Shown here: piece by piece, positions 58,194-64,000 of the stretch
Layout of the letters: the number at the start of each line of letters is the position of its first letter
Numbering within the stretch: position 1 is the stretch's first letter
Assembly (NCBI GenBank): GCA_964640525.1
Contig: CAZXGS010000008.1
Coordinates: 7,174 to 71,173, forward strand
Reading direction: 5' to 3'
DNA from: an uncultured Gammaproteobacteria bacterium
GTDB taxonomy: Bacteria; Pseudomonadota; Gammaproteobacteria; Xanthomonadales; Xanthomonadaceae
DNA: 64,000 nucleotides
Position numbers and translations under genes: made by a program
The notes under the pieces: generated by a model
Databases searched by the model: none
Seen by the model: the letters and a program-made list of their open reading frames with translations, nothing else
What the model was told of the DNA's origin: nothing

Positions 58194-59611
58194 GGCCCCA
58201 CCCCTGCCGCCTGCGCCCCATCCGCCGCCACCACCACCGGCAGCGAGGTCTTGACCAGGTGCGCTTCCCAGTATGGATTGAAGAAATTGCCGTACACCAG
58301 GCTGCCGCCCAGGCTCCACTGCCCGTCCGGACGCACGAAATAGGCGTTGGCCGAGGACGCGACCTGGACCATCGCCGAGGCCTCGGAGTCGTACACGTCC
58401 AACTTGCCACCGGCGATCGGCTTGCCGCTGTCGTGCATCTGCTTGGTGGTGTCGACGGTATCGGAGGTGCGCTCGACGAACAGGGTGATGGTGGGCGATT
58501 CCCAAGCCGGGCTGGTCAGGTCACGCAGGCCCATGTACTGGCGCAGACCATTGAAATCCCCGACCTTCCACTGCTGTCCGGCATTGCCTCCGGCGATGCC
58601 TTGCCCGCTGGACGGCGGCACCGGGATGAAGATGGGAATCGGGATCGGGATGACGGCGTCGATGACACACACGCCCACCCCGAAATAATTGCCGTTGTCC
58701 GAGGCCTTCCACTGGGTGTTGTCGTTTGACAGGTTGGCCGAGCCATTCCAGTGGCCAAAGAAGGTGATCCCGCCGACGCCATCCGGACAACTGCCGAACG
58801 CGGTCAGCAGCGATTCGAACGGGGGCATCTCCGAACCACCGCGCGCCCGCGTCCAGTTGTCCAGGCTGGCCATGGTCACGTTGTGGAAGCGGTTTTTGGG
58901 ATCGTCCTGGTTCTTGTATGGCGTGTAGCGCTTGTGGAACTTGAGCAACTGGACTTCCGAGGCGCCCAACGCCGCCACGCCGGCAACGCTGAGCTTGGCC
59001 TGCGGATCATTGTCCTTGACGACCTCGTTGGCGACCGCCGGCACTTCGGCCGCGGTTCCGTACAGGTACGCGGCGGAGGCGGTGCTCAACACGCTCTCCA
59101 GTCCGTTGAGGAAGGTGACCACCGGCCCGGTGGTGCCGTCCAGGGCATTGAACACCGTGCTGGAGATGTTCTGGTAGATCTTGTTGGAAGTCTTGCCAGG
59201 CTCGCCGGGGCTGAAGATCGACAGACCGAACTTGATCATGTCGTCGGTGCCGTTGGACGAGTACTTGCCGCACTTGTTCTGGGTGAAGATCAGGCAGTAG
59301 AACCGCGACCACGACGCCAGACTGACCATCTGCGCGATCGCCACCTGGTTGGCGACCATGGCACGGTTGGAATAGGCGGTGAAGTTGTATGCCCGCGCCA
59401 TCACCTGCGCGCTGGAATAGGAAGCCGAATCGGCAGTGTCCTGCAGGCGGGTGCGGACGAGGTTCATCCGCCCGACGTTGTAGACCAGCAGGCCGGCCAG
59501 CAGCAGGGCGAGCGCCAGGATCGCAACCAGAATGATGACCTGCCCGGACTGGCGCCGACGCGCCCCGGTCTCGGGTTGCCTGCGATGGAATGTGGCGGTG
59601 CCCCCCAGCAC
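58190..59611 (-). CDS. TadG-like (Flp pilus-assembly TadE/G-like N-terminal domain) protein, 473 aa
   Basis: Track ORF 58190..59749. A GTG at 59611, preceded by AGGAGG, lies downstream of the flp terminator. RRRQSGQVIILVAILALALLLAGLLVYNVGRMNLVRTRLQDTADSA fits the TadG N-terminal signature. Confidence 0.7.
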   Translation of the reverse strand: MLGGTATFHRRQPETGARRRQSGQVIILVAILALALLLAGLLVYNVGRMNLVRTRLQDTADSASYSSAQVMARAYNFTAYSNRAMVANQVAIAQMVSLASWSRFYCLIFTQNKCGKYSSNGTDDMIKFGLSIFSPGEPGKTSNKIYQNISSTVFNALDGTTGPVVTFLNGLESVLSTASAAYLYGTAAEVPAVANEVVKDNDPQAKLSVAGVAALGASEVQLLKFHKRYTPYKNQDDPKNRFHNVTMASLDNWTRARGGSEMPPFESLLTAFGSCPDGVGGITFFGHWNGSANLSNDNTQWKASDNGNYFGVGVCVIDAVIPIPIPIFIPVPPSSGQGIAGGNAGQQWKVGDFNGLRQYMGLRDLTSPAWESPTITLFVERTSDTVDTTKQMHDSGKPIAGGKLDVYDSEASAMVQVASSANAYFVRPDGQWSLGGSLVYGNFFNPYWEAHLVKTSLPVVVAADGAQAAGVGP

Positions 59612-59747
59612 GTTGCCTCCTGCCAGCGTTGAATCCCCGACGGCCTTCCGCGTCCCTGCCCCCCGGTCCGCCGCGATCACCCGCAAACAGCCGGATTCGA
59701 CTGCCTTTCCACCCCGCGAGCGGCGAGAAATTGACCCGCCATCACTC

Positions 59748-59788
59748 AAAAAACCTTCCCCGCGCCTGGCATCAGGCCGCGGGGAAGG
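59748..59788 (-). terminator. strong rho-independent terminator immediately after the flp pilin gene
   Basis: Perfect 11-bp stem ccttccccgcg (59754-59764) / cgcggggaagg (59778-59788), 13-nt loop, then TTTTTT on the minus strand (59748-59753). Confidence 0.85.
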
Positions 59789-59816
59789 CGATCCACACTG
59801 TCCTTGACCGTATCGA

Positions 59817-60128
59817 TCAGCCGCCCGTCTGGCTGGCGTCGGCCGCGTTGGACTTGTAGTTCTTCAGGTTGTACTGGTTGCTGGCCTCGACGTTGGCCTT
59901 GCTGGCCGCCGACGCGGCGGCGTTGTTGCCGGCGATACCGCCCTTGCCGGCCAACTGGCTGGTGATGGAGGCCATCTGGCCGCGCACCGTCTTGCCGAAG
60001 AACGAATACACCGCGATCGCGGCGATCGCGACCAGAGCGACGATGATGATGTACTCGGTCATGCCCTGGCCGATCTGGCCGAGACGGAAACCGCGCTTGC
60101 CCAGCGTGCGTGGAGCCTGCATGTTCAT
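59817..60128 (-). CDS. flp: Flp-family type IVc prepilin (major pilin candidate), 103 aa
   Basis: MNMQAPRTLGKRGFRLGQIGQG/MTEYIIIVALVAIAAIAVYSFFG carries the Flp G/xxxEY motif and hydrophobic helix. RBS GAGG. First gene of the locus. Confidence 0.85.
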   Translation of the reverse strand: MNMQAPRTLGKRGFRLGQIGQGMTEYIIIVALVAIAAIAVYSFFGKTVRGQMASITSQLAGKGGIAGNNAAASAASKANVEASNQYNLKNYKSNAADASQTGG

Positions 60129-60986
60129 GGTGACCTCATTTCATGGTTGATGGATTTTCCAGGCACCCACGCGCCTGCGGGAACTGCGCCTTCGGCCTTC
60201 TCCGATCTGGCACGCGCCCGCGACCACAGGAGCACCAGCGTTGAAATTTTCCTTGCGAAGGACGAGGGATCCGGCAGGTCCGCCGGAGCATTGCTCTGGC
60301 TCGCACTGTCTTCCCTGACGAAAACCCCTTGCCCGCCACTTCCTGCAACACCTGCCTGTTCGGCAACCGCCTGACCCTTTGCCATCGGATCGCCCAGCTG
60401 CAACCTTCCACAGCCGGCCCATTCGATGCAAGCAGCCCCTGCCTGAAGCCGCTGCCCGCAAGGCAAACCATACGCCGGCGAACGCGACTATACGCCGGCG
60501 GATGCTCTGTTCAAGACCCGCATTCAGGCCTTCGAAGTTACCGCAAGAAAACTGTGCAAAGTACTTTCCTTGACGGAAATTTTGCCGGAAAGCGGAAATT
60601 TCCTGACAGCCGAACATGAATGCACACTGAATATCTTGCCAGAATCCTGACCGCTCGTCGTTTTCATTACGTTTCGGTAATCCAACATTCATTCAAAGTG
60701 TGACGTGCTTGGCTTGACGTTCGCCCATTTGCAAGCCGACGCTGGCCGGATGCGCCGGGCGATCGATCCCTGGTGCATCCCTCCACGCCATTTCGCGTAT
60801 CGGCAGGCCATCGCCGGCGCTGCAATGCAGATGGCCCGGCGGCGCCTGCAGATGCAGGCGGTCCGGCAGCCGTCTTGTCCGCAGGCTTTCGACGATTCAT
60901 CATCGCGACCCGTCGATGCGTGCTGCGTCGAGGCACATCTGGCACACCACACGATCTGTCGGCAGACCGGGGACAGGGAAGCACGC

Positions 60987-62015
60987 ATGAACCGATGCAC
61001 CGCCTTGCGCTGGACGGCAACCCTTGCGATTGGCCTGGGCGGCCACGCCACGGCCGGCACATTGTACCTGTGCGACACCGGCCAGCCGCCCGCAGGTGCG
61101 ACCGCCTCGCCGGCGCCAGCGGCTGGCCATTGCGTGCCGGTGACGCAGGCCGCGCAGGCCCTCGGCGCCCGCATGGCATCGCGTGGCAGCGACGTCGGAC
61201 GCAGCATGACGATCGGCGCCACGCTCCCCGCACGAGCCATCGATGCGGAATCGGTGCTGACCGCCGAACCCGGCGACACCCCGACGACGCCGATCCACGC
61301 CACGACCGGAGCTGCACCAACCCAGGCACCACCTGCCGAACGGCCATCCGTGCCTGCGTCCGCCGCAGCCGCACAAGGCGTCATCCTGGTGGCCGACGCA
61401 CACGGCCGGCTGCGCGCCACCACGGGATCACCTTCGGCGAGCGCGCCTGCTTCTGCAACCGAAGCCAACATGTTCCATTACACGCGCAACGGCGTCACCA
61501 TCTACACCAACACGCCACAACGCGCGCTGATGGCGTCGCGCCTCCCGTTTCTCCTGATCGGCAATTGCGATGCCTGTTCGATGGTGGGCATGGGCATCAC
61601 GCTCGGGCGGATGGTCCTCAACACCACCGCATTCGAACCGGAGATCGCCACCGCCGCGCGCACCTGGGGCGTGAGCGAGTGGCTGGTGCGCGCAGTGATC
61701 CATGCCGAGTCGGGGTTCAATCCGGCCGCCGTCTCCGGCAAGGGCGCGCAGGGCCTGATGCAGCTCATGCCCGGCACCGCGGCCAGGTTCGGCGTCCATG
61801 ACGCGTTCGCCGCCGACGACAACATCCGCGGCGGCGTGCAGTACCTGGCCTTTCTATCGCAGCGCTACCACGGCGACATCCGCCTGATCGCGGCGGCCTA
61901 CAATGCCGGCGAGGCCAACGTGGATCGTTACGGCGGCGTGCCGCCGTTCGCCGAGACCCGCCGCTACGTGGCACGCGTCGCCAGCCTGGCCAAGCGCTAC
62001 CAGGACAAGCACTGA
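60987..62015 (+). CDS. lytic transglycosylase (SLT domain) with signal peptide and Ala/Pro/Thr-rich linker
   Basis: Track ORF 60705..62015 trimmed to ATG 60987 (MNRCTALRWTATLAIGLGGHATA). SLT motifs: HAESGFNPAAVSGKGAQGLMQLMP and AAYNAGEANV. Confidence 0.85.
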   Translation: MNRCTALRWTATLAIGLGGHATAGTLYLCDTGQPPAGATASPAPAAGHCVPVTQAAQALGARMASRGSDVGRSMTIGATLPARAIDAESVLTAEPGDTPTTPIHATTGAAPTQAPPAERPSVPASAAAAQGVILVADAHGRLRATTGSPSASAPASATEANMFHYTRNGVTIYTNTPQRALMASRLPFLLIGNCDACSMVGMGITLGRMVLNTTAFEPEIATAARTWGVSEWLVRAVIHAESGFNPAAVSGKGAQGLMQLMPGTAARFGVHDAFAADDNIRGGVQYLAFLSQRYHGDIRLIAAAYNAGEANVDRYGGVPPFAETRRYVARVASLAKRYQDKH

Positions 62016-62216
62016 GGCTGTGGGGCGCGATGCGCAGCCGCGACCCTGCCGCGGACTTCACACGCCACATCCCGGCGTGTGCTACGGTTCGCCCCCCGAC
62101 CACACCGGGCCATGCCGGCCCGCGCCAGCACCACCATCCCGTCGTCCCCGATGACGCCATGCCGCACGGTCCATGTCTGACCGCCGTGACGGCCAACGCA
62201 GCAAGGAACCAACGCG

Positions 62217-62660
62217 ATGAAACTGGCTTTGATCCTGTGGCTGGCGCATACCCTGCCCCAGCCGGTCGCCGACCCGATGTGCCTGGCGACCACCATTTAC
62301 CTGGAAGCGCGCGGGCAGTCCGAGCTCGGCCAGCGCGCGATCGCCGAAGTGGCGCTGCGCCGGCGCGACAGCGGCAAGTGGGGTGACTCGATCTGCGCCG
62401 TGGTCACCGCGCCGGGCCAGTTCGCGATGTCCATCCTGCATCCGGACCAACGCTTGCGCGAACCACGCGCCGGCCTGCAGGCGCTGCGGATCGCCCTGCT
62501 CGCCCTGCGCGAGGAATCGCTGCCCGCGTCCGAACGCATGCAGGTGGTGCCCGGGGCCAACAGCTTCGCGCCGATCGCCGACGATGCTGCGCCGGGGCGC
62601 GTGATCAGGCGCATCGGCGCCCATGTGTTCTATCGCTCTGCCGCGCTGGCGGCGCGCTGA
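62217..62660 (+). CDS. cell-wall hydrolase, SleB-like (Hydrolase_2 family)
   Basis: 147 aa. CLATTIYLEARGQSELGQRAIAEVALRR...CAVVTAPGQF is the family signature. Confidence 0.7.
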   Translation: MKLALILWLAHTLPQPVADPMCLATTIYLEARGQSELGQRAIAEVALRRRDSGKWGDSICAVVTAPGQFAMSILHPDQRLREPRAGLQALRIALLALREESLPASERMQVVPGANSFAPIADDAAPGRVIRRIGAHVFYRSAALAAR

Positions 62661-62824
62661 GCGCCTCGGTGTCGCCAGTCACCGTGGCACGCGCCAGTCG
62701 CCTCCTGCCCACGGGCGCTTGCTCGAATTGACGATACCGGCGGCACGCTGCATCTCATCCGGACGGACTGATGTCTGCACCCGCAGGCTCCATGTAAGGG
62801 GCTCCCCATCCGGAGACCCATCGC

Positions 62825-63433
62825 ATGAAGCTCTACACCAAACCCGGTGCCTGCTCGCTTGCCGACCACATCGCGCTGGAATGGACCGGCAAGCCATTCG
62901 AGGTGCAGACCGTCACTGCCGCGCAGACCAAGCAGCCCGATTACCTCGCGCTCAATCCCTCCGGCCAGGTGCCGGCGCTGGTCGATGGCGATTTCGTCCT
63001 GACCCAGAACGCGGCGATCCTCAACTACATCGCCGACACCCACCCGGACAGCCAGCTGGGCGGCGACGGCAGCGCGAAAGGTCGCGCCGAGGTCAATCGC
63101 TGGTTGGGGTTCGCCAACTCCGACATCCATCCGAGCTTCTGGCCGATGTTCGGCAGCACCAGCTACCTTGGCAAGGAAGAGATGGAAAAGACCAAGGACG
63201 CCGCACGCAAGAAGCTGCGCGGGCTGTACGAGCGCGCCGACCGCCAGCTCGACGGCCGCGAGTGGATCGCCGGTTCGCGCTCGATCGCTGACCCGTATCT
63301 TTACGTCACCCTGCGCTGGGCCGGGATCGTCGGCATCGATCTGACCGGCCTCGACCACCTGGCCGGCTTCAAGGCACGGATGGAAGCCGATGCCGGCGTC
63401 CAGCGCGCGCTCAAGAGCGAAGGGCTGGCCTGA
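62825..63433 (+). CDS. glutathione S-transferase (beta-class-like)
   Basis: 202 aa. MKLYTKPGACSLADHIALEW...LALNPSGQVPALV...QNAAILNYIAD. Confidence 0.9.
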   Translation: MKLYTKPGACSLADHIALEWTGKPFEVQTVTAAQTKQPDYLALNPSGQVPALVDGDFVLTQNAAILNYIADTHPDSQLGGDGSAKGRAEVNRWLGFANSDIHPSFWPMFGSTSYLGKEEMEKTKDAARKKLRGLYERADRQLDGREWIAGSRSIADPYLYVTLRWAGIVGIDLTGLDHLAGFKARMEADAGVQRALKSEGLA

Positions 63434-63471
63434 GGGCCGGCACAGGCCATCAGGATCGACTCGGCAGGCTT

Positions 63472-63661
63472 CCCCTCTCCCTCCGGGAGAGGGTGCCCGC
63501 AGGGCGGGTGAGGGAAGCATCGCACCCAACGACACGATGCGACTCCCGCGGGAAATTGCAGCCAAAGCGACCGCGCCGCTGACCCCATACGGCGGACGCC
63601 CTACCGCGGGTTCTGCCCTCATCCGACCCTGCGGGGCACCTTCCCCCGGAAGGGGAAGGGG
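63472..63661. repeat. REP family A variant (63472-63514) and family B element (63616-63661)
   Basis: cccctctccctccgggagaggg...gggtgaggg, and ccctcatccgaccctgcggggcaccttcccccggaaggggaagggg. Confidence 0.7.
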
Positions 63662-63953
63662 TGGCCATGGTCCCACGTGGACATCGCCGGCTGCTCCGGC
63701 CACGAAACACGCCAGGAAAATGCTCTTCCGCCGTCGGGCCACCGCCATCGGAGCGCAACGGGTCGGAAACGCAGGCCAGGCGGCGAGATGGAATGGCACT
63801 CCCGTTCACTCCGGAATCGCTTGCTGCCATACCGTCGCCATTCTCATGCGCATCCACACGCCTGCCGGCAGGCGCTGCAGCGGGCGCTGCCGGATGACCC
63901 GACATCCTGAATTGCGCCAGACTGGGCCGACCTCACGATCCAGGGAGCCCGTC

Positions 63954-64000
63954 ATGGCAGGCATTCGGATGTATCACGAGGGATCTCGGCAACTGCAGGA
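63954..64000 (+). CDS. start of an unidentified CDS (first 15 codons only)
   Basis: An ATG at 63954, preceded by GGGAG, reads MAGIRMYHEGSRQLQ to the window end. Too short to classify. Confidence 0.3.
   Translation, partial: MAGIRMYHEGSRQLQ

Noticed and set aside
60208-60223. Sigma-54-like TGGCAC motif in the flp upstream region (another TGGCAC lies near 62686)
   Set aside because: The -12 GC element is not at the canonical spacing (tggcac-gcgcc-cgcga). The motif is on the plus strand, pointing away from flp and about 770 bp from the next plus-strand gene.
60141-60692. 183-aa minus-strand ORF, and overlapping ORFs, in the flp upstream region
   Set aside because: Cys/Arg/Gly-rich, with no hydrophobic core pattern. 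It overlaps two other similar ORFs in different frames, and the local GC is lower without third-position bias. Treated as non-coding.

Overview
This is a high-GC chromosomal segment. Gene content, gene order and the intergenic REP families look like a Xanthomonadales-type gammaproteobacterium; that is an inference from recognition, not from a search. Almost all real genes are on the minus strand. The many long Arg/Ala/Pro-rich ORFs in the track are antisense or out-of-frame shadows typical of high-GC DNA.

Gene content, left to right:
- A partial GH15 glucoamylase, a short-form 6-phosphogluconate dehydrogenase and a ROK/polyphosphate glucokinase.
- Two small secreted or NTF2-like proteins.
- A five-gene MacB-type ABC export operon: ATPase, three tandem HlyD-family adaptors, FtsX-type permease. 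Modular REP arrays bracket it.
- Transketolase.
- A complete Bat/MoxR aerotolerance-type operon: moxR, DUF58, DUF4381, batA, a batB/C fusion, batD.
- A cNMP-EAL phosphodiesterase, then pilQPONM divergent from PBP1A.
- Citrate synthase, L31 type B, and recG-ridA-spoT-rpoZ.
- An OmpA-family porin.
- acnD-(parD-parE)-prpF-prpD, then fadH.
- A 12-kb Tad/Flp-like pilus locus, followed by two peptidoglycan hydrolases and a GST.

I found no rRNA, tRNA, CRISPR array, integrase or transposase.

The strongest candidates for something new are:
1. The Tad-like locus at 48359-60128. It has an FHA-CpaF fusion ATPase and unusually large TadE/TadG-like proteins. I recognise no TadZ, prepilin peptidase or TadD in it.
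2. An exact in-frame 3 x 141-bp tandem repeat that triplicates the translationally coupled junction (start codon and signal peptide) between two adaptor genes of the triple-adaptor ABC pump.
3. Two 194-bp direct repeats, near-identical by eye, that flank that whole pump operon.
4. A ParDE toxin-antitoxin pair inside the methylcitrate gene cluster.

All family assignments come from motif recognition in the supplied translations. No database search or computation was run.
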